Shown here: piece after piece, positions 50,926-64,000 of the stretch | How the letters are laid out: the number at the start of each line of letters is the position of its first letter | Position numbering within the stretch: position 1 is the first letter of the stretch | Assembly (NCBI RefSeq): GCF_040938485.1 | Contig: NW_027270975.1 | Span: 2,170,001-2,234,000, forward strand | Source of the DNA: Diadema antillarum | Lineage: Eukaryota | Length of the DNA: 64,000 nucleotides | Direction of reading: 5' to 3' | Notes under the pieces: model-generated | Told to the model about the DNA's origin: nothing | Databases searched by the model: none | The model's input: the letters and a program-made list of their open reading frames with translations, nothing else | Made by a program: the position numbers and the translations under genes

Positions 50926-53369
50926 GTGCATGATCATTGATGAAGGGCTGTATGACTCAACTCATGGACCTTTTCCTTTTTTTTTCAATGTCGAGCTGTG
51001 GGATGACCCCTTATAAAACTTTTCTGACTCCAAAAATTTCTGGTCATTAGAATACTCTGCAATTGACCCTTATACTGCATGGTTTTGATTTTTGAATTAT
51101 CATTATGGATTCGAATGAAGTTTGCTTCTTGGGGTTGAACCTCACGAGCAAAATCGCACACGAAGTCGTGATCAAGAATATTATAATTTTTCTATTTGAA
51201 AGGTGTGATATAAATGGATAATGTGCACTGTACCTTCAGTAGGAGACATGAGTTCACATGATCTTTTTTGTTTGTCTGTAGTGTGATCATGATCAGGGTC
51301 ACTGATTCATTGGGGAAAAACCCATATATAATTATTTGAAACCTCAAAAACCCATCTCTAATATTTTTCTTTTTTCTTTCCTTTTTTTCCCCAGATCTCA
51401 TGTGAGACTTATCTATCTGATGATTTTTTTTAATGAATATCAACAACAGTCTTTGGCAGTCAAACTACTAGTATAATGATGAGTGCCTTCAACTCGAATC
51501 ACGCGTATAATGAAAGACAGTTAATGTTTAAAACGTCTGTACTTCATTTTGTTGTGCACTCAGACTGTATTCCATTTTTACTGCTACGACAATTTCCCCA
51601 TTTATATTGTCCATTTAATCCGCATTTAATGCGCAAAAGCGACTCACAAAATCGATAGTTTTCCCCTTTCTCCCTCGTTTTCTCTTTCCTGTTTTGAGAT
51701 TCGCTCTTCTCGAAATGTGCTTTTTACTTGAGGCACTATTGCACTCGACGCCGCGAGGTATTTCCCGCCTCTTTCTCAACGGTTCGAAAATACCATTATT
51801 TCATAGTCTCCTATTCAGGAACAAGTCTTCCCAAAACACGACAAAAATAGCGAAACAGCTATTTTCAAACCCTGAAATCAGATCAGATTTATCATGACGA
51901 TGAGTTTTTGTATAAATAAATGAGGCGCGTTAGATGATTAGGGTTATAGTTTGTTGGGAAAAGATTAATCTCATTGGTTAGTAAATAACAAATAAACTAG
52001 GTCTGCATCTGCGATTTATACGAGGACAAAGCTCATGTTCATCGTCTGGTCCGCTCGCACATTCGCAGACAAAACAACATTACGGCAAATAGTCTAATTT
52101 TCGAGACGCATCCGACGTCTTGTAGGTTTTTCCATTTTTTCAGCGAATGTTGATCAAGTTTATGTGATCAAAACTACGAATGTCACTTATATTGTATGGA
52201 CACGGCATTTGAAATGACTAGTTCATCATGAGATACTGATGGTCGATTTGACTAGACTGAATCATTTAGACCATTCATTTTTGGGTTTATTATTGTGACA
52301 ACGCCCTTCGTAGCAATTGATACTGAACATCAGACTAAACCTGTTCCTTCGTGGCATGACTCACCACGCTGGATGATTTTTTTTTTTTACATACGTACAT
52401 GCATATACAGTACTTTATTCATGCTTTTGATTGGGGTCAGTGGTCAGTGGTACCCCCCCCCCCCCCCCCCCCCCCCCCCAGCTTAAAGGCAAGAAACTCT
52501 TGGCGGAACACTCGAAAGCCATTTTCTCCTTTTTAGAAGGATCGATTTTTTTTTTTCATACAAACAAAAAAAATGAAAATAAGATGGGCACAGCAGCCCT
52601 ACCCCCCCCCCCCGTCACTGTGAAAGGCTGTTGTACATGTAGTTGAGAATGTAGTGTCGTTTATCAAAATTGATTTTAAAAAACAGTACATATAGGGCCT
52701 CTCACTTTTTCCAGATTTTGAGTATTATTAGCAAGTTATTTCAAAGATTGAGTCGAATGAGTAAATTCGACTTAATCTTAAATTTTAGACATGATTTCAA
52801 CTACTTTGAACTACATGAAAGCGCAGTTTTGATTTTATGAAAATTTTTAATTCTTTAGGTATTTGTATGTGTGGGGGGGGGGCATGTGTGCTTGTGTGTA
52901 TTTGTTCTTTTCTATCAAGGGATTGGTTTTACTAATTTCAATTTTTGTTGATAGGCCTAACCTAGTGTGTAGCTTCATTTTAAATACATGTACATGTATA
53001 TTGTAATTTCATTTGATTTTGTGACTTGCAACTCGACGCTCCAGGAGATACGGACTGATTATTTTGTGCAGTATAAACTTATCAATCTAAGTTTAGTGAA
53101 AATGTGGATTACGTAATTGCATGGCCGAATTTTGGTTTAACCTTTAAAATGTTCCTTCCGAATTAAGTAGTCTTCATTATGAAATTGTAAATTATCGTCT
53201 TACCGTACATGTAACTAAACGTTTACCTCAAGTGGGTAACCATTATTTTTAAGATCTAGAGTTTACAGTACACAACAAATACATATAACCCGACATGAGT
53301 TTATAAAAAGCATGATACGGGTACTTAATGATAATATACAGACAACTCGACTGAGTGAACTCTTCAGAT

Positions 53370-53404
53370 TCTTTCTTGGGTACTTGGTGGCTCTGATAAG
53401 AGCC
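53370..53404 (-). terminator. H2A 3'-processing signals: histone stem-loop and HDE
   Basis: GGCTCTTATCAGAGCC (53404-53389) followed by ACCA and CAAGAAAGA (53378-53370), the sea-urchin U7 snRNA-binding element. Confidence 0.97.
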
Positions 53405-53444
53405 GTTTGAAGCAGCTGTTTCAAGCTGAATGACGCCCAGAAGT

Positions 53445-54279
<835 letters not shown>

Positions 54280-54651
54280 ATGCCACCCAAAGCACAAGCT
54301 GCCGGAAAGAAGGGCTCCAAGAAGGCCAAGGCTCCCAGGCCTAGCGGAGACAAGAAGAGGCGCAGGAGGCGAAAGGAAAGCTACGGCATCTACATCTACA
54401 AGGTGCTGAAGCAGGTCCACCCCGACACTGGTATCTCCAGCCGTGCCATGTCCATCATGAACAGCTTCGTCAACGATGTCTTCGAGCGCATCGCTGCCGA
54501 GGCTTCCCGTCTTGCCCACTACAACAAGAAGTCGACCATCACTAGCCGTGAGGTCCAGACTGCTGTCCGTCTTCTCCTCCCCGGAGAGCTGGCCAAGCAC
54601 GCCGTGTCTGAGGGCACCAAGGCCGTCACCAAGTACACCACCTCCAAGTAA
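54280..54651 (+). CDS. H2B: histone H2B, replication-dependent (late-type), 123 aa
   Basis: [54 protein letters not shown]...KYTTSK. Intronless. No SPKK repeats, so not a sperm H2B. Confidence 0.99.
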   Translation: MPPKAQAAGKKGSKKAKAPRPSGDKKRRRRRKESYGIYIYKVLKQVHPDTGISSRAMSIMNSFVNDVFERIAAEASRLAHYNKKSTITSREVQTAVRLLLPGELAKHAVSEGTKAVTKYTTSK

Positions 54652-54699
54652 AAATTGGTGTTGGAGTTACGGATGTGCACTTCTTGACATCCATGAAAC

Positions 54700-54734
54700 G
54701 GTCCTTCTTAGGACCACCAAATATCCAAGAAAGA
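54700..54734 (+). terminator. H2B 3'-processing signals: histone stem-loop and HDE
   Basis: GGTCCTTCTTAGGACC (54700-54715), then ACCA, then CAAGAAAGA (54726-54734). Confidence 0.97.
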
Positions 54735-57700
54735 AACAAAGATTACTCTTGTCTTGTGTGCCTTTTTTAAATCTTTTGTACTTTTTGTACTTTTTGTACC
54801 TGGATTATGTTTAAATTTTTGTGGATTAGTCGAAGTAGGTGTAACTTTACAATATTATATCAAAACATTGTTCAAGAAAACGTTTGCCTTTTTCGGATGT
54901 GAAAGATCGTTTTTTTTTCAATGTATCTGGTGATCATCGCATACATCCTCGGTTTCCGGTGGTTCCCTCTAGCGAAGGAAAAACACGTGAATTGAATTGA
55001 TGACAATTGCCGAATTGATCAGGTTTTAATTTTGCCATCGAAAAAAAAAAACATACACTCGGGTGAAAAGTCCAAAGACTTAATACTAGTTCCCGTTAAC
55101 AACATCCAAATTGTACATGAATGTATAAAAATACCTTCTGCTTCACTGAACATATATTAATAAAGACGGATCAAAGTAGAGAGTGAAGAATCACTATAGT
55201 ACATAGGCCTACGCATAAACAAAACAGGCACACCAACAACCACAACTATTCATTGTGTATTGCACTGTCACATGCAAATGTATTCTCCTTACGCATACAA
55301 GTACTTATGATCTCTCTTCCTTCGTTCATATTTCGTATTATGAAACCCTCTCCTTAAACCTGCTCTCCTTCACATATAACACTGCTTTTTATTTTAATCA
55401 AAGACAAAAACAAAAAGAATAGTGCTAAACCAAAATACATGTACACAAGAAGGATGTGATTTACGTACTACAGTACGTACATGTATTATCTTTTGCATCT
55501 TTACGTACAATCATGGAGGTTTCTACCTCCATGGTACAATATAACTGCTAGTATTGAACGTAAAGACGTACAAGACACATGTACATAGTAACATGTACAT
55601 GTACGTAAAGCATATCCTTTATAGTCGCAGTTGGTTGCTAGAATTTCTGTATACTTGTATCGTGCATTTAACAGCGAAGACACTTGCAATGTTCATTATG
55701 TACTAGAATACTACGAACTTCCAAGTACGAAGTACAGTAGGCACCCTGCTTTATTCATCCGTACTCATCACTGACAATTTATTTTAGGCTTTTAAAATAA
55801 GACGGTATCAAATTGACTGCCTGGTAAAATATAGACAGCCAGAAAACAACAAATGGGTAAAACATTGAGACGCTGAAGTGACTGGCAGGGAGTTCCTAGA
55901 AATGACAACCTCCACCCCCCCCCCCCCAAAAAAAAGTAAATAAAGAATCCTCCCTTTCATTTCATTGTCATTTTTCTTTACAAGAGAGCCGCCATGTGTT
56001 TGTTAATGTGCGTGTATGTGTGCATGTATGAGTGTATTACTCTGTCTGTCTTTTTTTTTTTTTTTGCTACCACTTGGGGAATTTTGTTGTTGTTGTTTTT
56101 TGGAAATATATATTTTTTCTCTATGAGGGGACTGCATTCTACAAGCTCTGCTTTTTAGCAGTCCCCTCCATTTCCAGCAATATTGTTTATGCATTTACTA
56201 CAGTGACGTAACTGTTATTTGTATCTCTGTTGATAATTTACCTGTATCTCTTTTACAATGTTATTCTGTTCATCGCATTGTGGTACTGATTTCATGACGT
56301 CTGTTTATATGAGCGTTTCTTTGTATTTCTTATTATTTGTTTGTTGGAAGTGAAATAAATCAACTTGAACAACTTGAACTTGATTGTCCTCCATAAAGAA
56401 ACAGGCAAAGCTGATCTGCATGATCTGCATCTCCATGCGTATCTTGAGCCCATCACTTGTAAATCAGTTAGGGTTGAAAAAGCTGACACCACAGTATATA
56501 ATACAATGTATAACAAAAAGGCAAGTTTTACCTCCTTGCAGGGAGGTGAACCTCCCTGCTCCTTGGCAATAGAGTGCATAAACTACATATACTGTGTTCT
56601 ACACTGTTTTGAGATTCACAAATTATGTGCAAGATTTCAGCGAGTGGTGATAAAACCTTGATTTCAAGCTGGGATGTGAGAATGATATTCGCCTGAGCTG
56701 AACCTTTATTAGTGCATGCAAAGTTCATAATCTTGATAATGACATGAATTTGTTTACTGAGATGCCTTTCATAAAACTCATCGACCCTTTCTCGTATTCA
56801 ATAGAAATCATTCTAATGTTTCTCTTTTCTTTTTTTAAAATTAATTTTACTGGTGCATGTGAGAACGCGAGTTTGAGTGAGGTAAATAGCGCCATCATGT
56901 GTTCTGATAGAGACGTGACTTCGCGCGTTCATCGCTGATACATCAAAGGGTCCTGATACAACTGTTGTTCAGGAGCCTTTAGTCTTTAAACCTATGATTT
57001 TATAACACTAATTCATGTCGGTAGGAGCTGGGTAATGCAGTGAGCCAGTTGCATTGCTGTGTCATGGAACTTAGTACCCCCAGTTCAAGGTTAAAGACGT
57101 AATTTACCATTTGCAGATGAAACAAAAACCCAGCTTTAGTGCTTCAAAATAATTCTAAAAAGTGAGATAGGGATAGAAACAACCAATGTAAGATTTTAAA
57201 TTGATGCTGAGTATTGTTAGATATACATAATGTGAACAATAGTTTATAATAGTAGAAACGTTTCCAGACTAAACCGTCTACAGTTATGGTTTATGTAGAA
57301 AAATAGTGATATCTCCTTATATATTTTAGGCTTTATTGCAAAATTTTTACATGGTAGGATGTTTTGTAATACAACTGACCTACAGTGTATACACATTGGC
57401 ATCAAATGTGATATCTCGAACATTTTCTAAATTACTGCTCCCAATGGCAAACAGTACCTTTAGAATAATGATTAATATAGACCATACAGGCCTCCCTAAT
57501 CAACATAAAAACAGCACCCAAACCCAACAGAAGCTAGTTTATAGTTACAATCTGATCATTCGCAGAAAATGTAGGGCCTATAAAATGGCTGACCCTGATC
57601 TCTGACTGACTTGTAACTGGGGTATTTGAAAAAAAAGGAGATGACTACATGAAACCTTCATTATGATTATCAAAAGATTATCAAAGATTGATTAATAATT

Positions 57701-58687
57701 GAAATCAAAGTTAATTAGATATACTCATGTAATATGGACTGGGTGCATTGCGGAATGCGCACGTAAGTCTGCGTTCTTTTCAACCAAATTTAAAGTCATT
57801 GTTCATTCGTATTATAAATGGCCACTTCCTGCTTGGCTGTTGGGGGTACCATCGACCATCGACCCTTGATCGCCCCCCCCCCCCCACACACACACACTAA
57901 AACGTTCCACTGGGCTGTGCAATATCAAGCCATACAAATTCATTGTCATTTTATTTTCAACAAAGAATATAAGTATACATAACATAATATATCATCATAT
58001 AAAAAAAGAAATATACATAGTCTTCATTTATCATTATATCGAAATCTAATATGACCACACAATAAATTGTGAAACCAAGATGCATGATATTTACTAACTT
58101 TGATATGCTGAAGTGAAAATGGAGCGGGAGGTAAAAAGCAGAGCTTGTAAAATATATTCCTCTCAAAACCATTATTAATACTGTACAGAAAAATGTTACT
58201 ACAATGTAGAAACGAAACGTGAGTGACAACACATCGGATTTCGACAACAAAACAAAAACCTCTTACAAAGCCCTTTACAATGATTACGGTTTAAAACATT
58301 TTATATAAGCCCCCGAAGTAAGAAACTGAACCAAAAAAAAAACAACAACAAACAAACAAACAAAACAAAAAGGATGGTGTGATCAGCGGTGACAGCTTAC
58401 AAGGACTCATCAAGGAGAGTAGCGGAATTCAGATATTAGATAGCTGACAGTAATGACTGAAATCAATTAATTATCTGCTGATTTTCTGGACAATTTTCAA
58501 GTCGAAATGCATGTATTAAATTTGTATAATTACCTTTAGAAATAGAGAAAATCTCGATGTTGTCGTCAATTTTTGTTTCCCTCGTAGGGCATATTATTAC
58601 GCTTCTCTTTGGCATGAGAGAGAAAAAAATAACCATAAAAGAATTCTTCTGTTACCGTCATAGATTCTGAATGAAAGGAAACAAGTC

Positions 58688-59077
58688 TTAAAGGGATAGT
58701 ACAGTATTGGTGGAGATGAGAATTGGGCTTTTAACTTTTTGCGAGATACCAAGAAAACACTTATGATATAGTACAAAGCATACCATTTTTAGAGGAATTC
58801 AAAGTTTATTTGATGAAAATTGGGTGTGGAATGAATGAAACATCCAAAAACAAAGTAAAACAAAGCGATCGTAATAAAGTGTGGGTCCCACACTTTATAA
58901 GAATCGCTCTTTTTTGGATATCTCAGCCATTTCAAAACCAATTTTCATCAAATAAACGTTGAATTCCTCATAGAATTACATTCTCTTTCATATTTCATAG
59001 GAGGTTTCTCATTATCTCACCAAAAATTGTTAGAAATCTGAAATTAGGTCTCAACCAAAACTGTACGATCCCTTTAA
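58688..59077. mobile_element. complete 390-bp TTAA-flanked foldback MITE (Kolobok/ANGEL-like termini)
   Basis: TTAAAGGGATAGTACAGTATTGGTGGAGA ... TCTCAACCAAAACTGTACGATCCCTTTAA. Central hairpin ATAAAGTGTGGGTCCCACACTTTAT. Homologous to 4365-4677. Confidence 0.85.
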
Positions 59078-60190
59078 GGAATTAAATCAATCCCTCTGTA
59101 GTTGTTTTCGTCTTAGTGTAATAAGAAAACAAGGTCAGAAGAGAAAGCATTTATAAGCTTCTCCTCTTCAAAGCCTGTGAAAAAGGACACGCAATCACGC
59201 TTTACGACTGTAATAGTCTACTAATCAGACATACTTGAAACATATCGACAACAGGTTTCGAGATAAAAACCACTATTTTCCATTATACTTCCCTCCCAAT
59301 GCACAAAATAAACTTTAAAAACCCCAATCTGATAAGATTTATGAAACATATTGACATTGTTTCATACAGCTTACAGGCTAGAGTACAGCATTATGATGCA
59401 TTATCCGCAGCTTGAAGGAATAGTGTGTCTGTATGGGATAGACTATGCCGATGGCAACGATAAATCGATATTCCTCTCATGTGTGTGTGTGTCTTGTATC
59501 GTGGTTCAAGTGAGATGCTGTAAACCGTGTGTGTATAGCTACCTCACTATCGATATCTCTCGCTCACCCGACAACCTAGCAACGATACACAATAGGCTAG
59601 CCGCATACACACACACATGCGAAGTGCACAGAGAGAGCTGGGGGAGAGATAACGAGCGTGAGGTGGGACAACTTTGCTGTAGAAACAAATAGCATACTTT
59701 TCCGGACGATAATATCAGGATACAGCCATGGATTACCGCCAGAAGTAATTTCATCCGTAGCTCTCAAACAAAATAAGTACATGCAGGTAAGTACATCTAA
59801 AATTTCCAGCAATAATGCTTCAATGCAATTATGCTTTGAAATATAATGTATGATGAAATCTGTGTCTACGCATAGCCATGATGTAGTCCCATTCGTATGT
59901 CTTTATGTGGTGTGTAGAATACGCTGTAGCTACACCGGCCGGCCGGCAAAGCAAAGGAGCTTACGTTACATTGTTATAGGTGCTAGTGTAGGTGTGCTTG
60001 CAAAAATTGTTACTACACTTGTATTATAATAACCTTGACTATTGCTTTGTCTGATAAACCTCCTTGATTATCAAGAAAAAGGGAGACATCTTTAAAAATG
60101 TAAATTTACTTTAGTGTACGTAGGCCTACCAACGCTAATCGTTAATCGTTGTTGACCATGCATAGTTTAGAGTCTAACGTTACTGTCTAG

Positions 60191-61449
60191 ATCACATCAC
60201 ATCACATCACATCACATCTGATACGGAAGTAGAGGACTGGGGGATTCCTGTAGTATTCCGGTCTCAACATAATATAATCATCTTCAACGTTGTTGCTTTA
60301 TGTGCGTTTAGGAGCAGAGGTTTTAAATTTTTCCCCCCTCCAATGTCTGTCTAATAAATCTTTGAAATTATTAATCGAGGAAGCTTCAACAACATTAGCA
60401 GGCAATCTGTTCCAGTCGGCAACTACTCTCTGGCTGAAAAATGTACTTCGCAGTTCTAATCTTGAACGTTTGGTGAAGAGCTTGTATCTATGACCTCTTG
60501 TTGATGAGTGGATGGCTGGTTCAAAAAACATGTCACCAGAAATCCCAACTTTCCATTGAGCAACTTATGAACAGTAATCATGTCGCCTCTTCGTCTCCTG
60601 TAGTATAATGAGTGCAGGTTGAGTTTTTCCAGGCGTTGTTCATATGACAAACATTTGAGTTCAGGAATCATACGAGTGGCTCTTCTCTGCACTCTTTCAA
60701 CTTTGTCAGAGTCCATTTTATATCTCAAGTGCCATAAAATGTTGCCATACTCCAAATGAGGTCGAACCAATGATACGAACAAAATAGGAAGTATTTCCGT
60801 CGTCATTTGTGAGAATGTCCTGTGTATAATCCCAAGTGTTTGATTTGCCTTTTGGACAGCTGCTGAGACATGTTGATGGAAATTTAATTCTTCATCTATT
60901 ATAATGCCAAGGTCCTTTTCCTGCTTGGTTGCTTCCAACTTACACTATTCGTTCTGTAGTTTTCCCTTGGGTTATTTTTTCCAATATGAAGAATCTTACA
61001 TTTACTAACTTTGAAATCAAGTTGCCATCTTTTACTCCATTCATCAGCATGATTTAGGTCAGTTTGAAGCGATTCCTGTTTCGGGGCTGTACTGACATCA
61101 CCGATGATTTTGGTGTCGTCGGCAAACATAAATACTGAGTTATTCATTATATTTGGCAAATCATTCATAAAAATAACAAAAAGGACCGGTCCGAGTACAC
61201 TTCCTTGCGGAATTCCACTGCTAACTTGACTCCAGTCTGAACTTTCACCATTTATCACGACTCTTTGTTCCCTTCCAGTTGTGAATGCTTTGATCCATGA
61301 ATACAGTTTTCCATCAATGCCATAAGATAGCATTTTTTTCAAAAGCCTCTCATGAGGAACAGAGTCAAAGGCTTTACAAAAGTCTAAATATACTATATCA
61401 ATAGGAAACCCAGTATCAAGTTTCTGAGTTATTTCCTCCATTGCACAAA
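60191..61449 (-). mobile_element. 5'-truncated CR1-clade LINE (RT C-terminal half, two frameshifts)
   Basis: Contains YLDFCKAFDSVPH, GIPQGSVLGPVLF, FADDTK, EKDLGIII, RPHLEY, ERVQRRATR, RRRRGDMI, TRGH.YKL and FSQRVV..WN.LP. 3' tail (GATGT)n at 60191-60216. TCTAG on both flanks (60186-60190, 61450-61454). Frameshifts near 60940 and 60545. Confidence 0.97.
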
Positions 61450-61761
61450 TCTAGTTATACTCTATCTAACAAGTTAGTCATAGATAGAAATCTACCACTA
61501 GCACTTCCAGAGTTGAGTTCTAACGTTAGTTTTAGTAATGGCATTGTATTGCAGTTTTGGCATATTGGCCATTGCCAAAATGCATTGCATGAGTCGTGAT
61601 GAGACGTGTCAATTCATTTCATGCTTCTACAAACGTGTAGCTACGTACAACTTGTACAAGCGTAGTCTACAAGTTGTTCTTGGATTAAGAATGTTCATCT
61701 AACGTTAAGCATAAATTATGCTATTATATAACTGTACTTATCGACTTAAATATAACATTAA

Positions 61762-61901
61762 GGCATAATCATGATATAGTCCCCGCCGCTGCGTGTCCGT
61801 ACTAAATAAAACCCTACCTAACCCTATACCCTAACCCTAAACGCACGGGTGCACGCGCACTGTGGTGGGGATCTAGGTGGGGACTATATCACGATAATGC
61901 C
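61762..61901. mobile_element. 140-bp MITE with GG termini, 8-bp TSD and internal telomere-like CCCTAA repeats
   Basis: TIR GGCATAATCATGATATAGTCCCC / GGGGACTATATCACGATAATGCC (21/23 match). Flanks AACATTAA and AACGTTAA. Core ACCCTACCTAACCCTATACCCTAACCCTAA. Confidence 0.8.
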
Positions 61902-62964
61902 AACGTTAATAGGTGTAAATAGTGAGATTTTTGTTTTGTTTTGTTTTTTTATTTATGTGTGTGTTGTTGTTTTTATTTTTTATTTAGACCTATTATTAGG
62001 CCCTACCTTACGACATTTACTTGAGTTTATTTCTAGAGAAGGGGGAGTAGGGCTATGCTTGTGGGTATACAAATTTGGACCACCCACTAACTTTAGTCTT
62101 TACTGTAACAGTTAGACCTATGTAACATGGATTACCATTAAGTTGCCACTACCTAAAGTCGCCTGACATTCACGTCGCATGTAACGCATGCCGTGATCAG
62201 AGATCATCTGGGGCGACGGATTTTCATCGCTCTCAAAAGACATTCCTAATTCACCTTTTTTCCTCCTTGAAAACAAATGATTGTAATTCAATTTCAAATG
62301 TATTTCACCATATGTAACAGGTGACAAAACCATTTTAATGCAAGAATGTTTTTGATTTCAAATGGATTTCAGGTGACAAATTAACAAAGTTTTTCAAATA
62401 CGATGATGCTCAATGCATCCTTCATTGAAGTTTGTGTATAACACATGCACTAATAATACATGGCGCGCTATGGGCGACAAACTAATACATGCCTATCGTT
62501 GGTTCACCAACCCGGGAGTGCATAGGAAATACATGGAAGTGGCTACAAAGCAGTAATTGACGTTAAATCCTAAGCTTCTGGACGTGGTCAAATATTGGCA
62601 AGTGAAGGGAGTTGAAACCTTGATGCTGTTTTTTTTTGTTTTTTTGCTTATTTCTCTTTCTTCTTCCGGCTACTGCAAGCAAACTCCACTGCTGTTGGGA
62701 CATTTTATAAATATCAGGTTGAGGCGGCAGGTGCAAAGCTGGCCAGCACTATGTCTTACTGTCCAGCAGTGGGTTAAAGGTCAGCCCACGAATCAAAGAA
62801 ATATCATCTTGTATGTCACCTAGCATATAAAATATAGACGGATAGGGCGGGTGTTACATAATTTTTTTTTACCACTCGCCCTGTCGTGGTCAGGCATGCA
62901 GATTTTCAAATTGTTGCAGAACACTTGACCGAAAAGGAAGTCCAAAATTAAAAATATGGGCAGC

Positions 62965-63125
62965 TGACAGGTTTCAAGGTGTTTCCATCCAAGTTTAATC
63001 AACATGGAGGAGATGCCACTGGTTCTTCTTGAATCATTGCAGACAAATCTGGTTGCTCTACATTGCACTGCCTCCATGGGTCGTACACTGAGGCACAGTC
63101 TTCCAGCATTGGACATGAAGTTTTG
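62965..63125 (-). mobile_element. degenerate LINE 3'-end ORF2 fragment
   Basis: PMLEDCASVYDP then (frameshift) EAVQCRATRFVCNDSRRTSGISSMLIKLGWKHLE, matching the LEYAS.VWDP...E.VQRRAARFV...W..L motif of CR1/L2-group elements. Confidence 0.75.
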
Positions 63126-63604
63126 TACCTTTTTTTTAACCTTTCCTTTATAGTTCCTAGAATCAGGACATTTAGGTCTGTGTTTTTACCTAGACCTATT
63201 CACATAGAAGGGTCTATTTGTCAAGATTCATGCACATGTAACCTACACGTCTTTCAAGTGTAAAGCAAGGATGATGTAGGGAAATCAGGTATTGAAACAC
63301 ACAAAATTTAGATGCTGATCTAGGTGTAAAGGGAAGTGGATAGCGGGTTATTGTATACAAATGATGCACAGGATAGAGTGCGTTAGTGTAGGCGTATAGT
63401 GCACTCGAGGGTATTTACAATTGTGAAACATACAAATCATAAAAATTAATGTCTAATTAATGTCTAATTTTCAAAAAGTAAATCATTTTTTAAGTGATTC
63501 ATGTTTACAACTAACAAGAAGGCAAGTAATTCTATTTCGAATTCACACAAGAAATTTAATTATGATTATTTCATTCTAGTACTTCATGCAAGGTCTCAAC
63601 AATA

Positions 63605-64000
63605 TACAGTGAAACCCCGTTATAACGAGTTCGGTTATAACGAGGAACCGCTTATAAAGAGGTGATCGCGTCAGTCCCGTTTTCCCTTGCGTGTAAACCT
63701 ATGGCAGAACGAATCGGTTATAACGAGGACAATTTCGGTGCATCATGATAAAGAAAAACATAAGCAATTTGATCGGATATAACGAGGTTCCATTTCTTGA
63801 CTAAATTGCCGCTTTCAAACACGCGACAAACGAAACATTGAAAACCAAATTCACGCTATCCACGCCTTTTTCGCGTTTTGCAGAGTACTGTTCCTTTCAT
63901 ATTTTCTTCTAAACCACGCGATAAGACACAGGAATGCCTTCCGATGTTCCTACTGATTTATTAAACATAATCATTCGATTTTCTTTTTCGCCAGATACGC
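63605..64000 (+). mobile_element. left end of a Tc1/pogo (Tigger-like) DNA element
   Basis: TACAGTGAAACCCCGTTATAACGAG followed by repeated GTTATAACGAG/GATATAACGAG motifs. The right end is not seen in the window. Confidence 0.55.

Noticed and set aside
55440-55620. Cluster of TACATGTA/GTAC palindromes
   Set aside because: This is low-complexity ACATGT-type simple sequence that also appears elsewhere in the window, with no defined structure.

Overview
AT-rich, repeat-littered eukaryotic DNA, almost certainly from a sea urchin. The evidence is an intronless H2B with a late-type N-tail and the sea-urchin histone downstream element CAAGAAAGA after both histone stem-loops. Firm genes: a solitary, divergently transcribed replication-dependent H2A/H2B pair (53445-54651) with complete promoter and 3'-processing signals, and a single-exon 292-aa ORF of unknown function (44580-45458) behind a strong splice acceptor, possibly driven by an RFX X-box promoter near 40.1 kb. 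A CpG-rich, TATA-less promoter-like zone at about 30-33 kb suggests a minus-strand transcript running left into 1-31 kb. There I see only scattered candidate exons and cannot build a gene model. The rest consists of MITE-like DNA-transposon relics (TTAA-, TA-, CAG- and 8-bp-TSD types, some nested), CR1/L2-type LINE fragments, a tRNA-derived SINE, two structured tandem arrays (61-bp and about 161-bp units), microsatellites and one assembly gap. There is no CRISPR array or prokaryotic system. I found no clear-cut new biological system. The best leads are the orphan RFX-linked gene, the matching extra hairpins in both histone 3' UTRs, the recurrent X-boxes, the YY1-motif tandem array and two decayed long reading frames. 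Transposon superfamily names are inferred from termini only; no database search was run.
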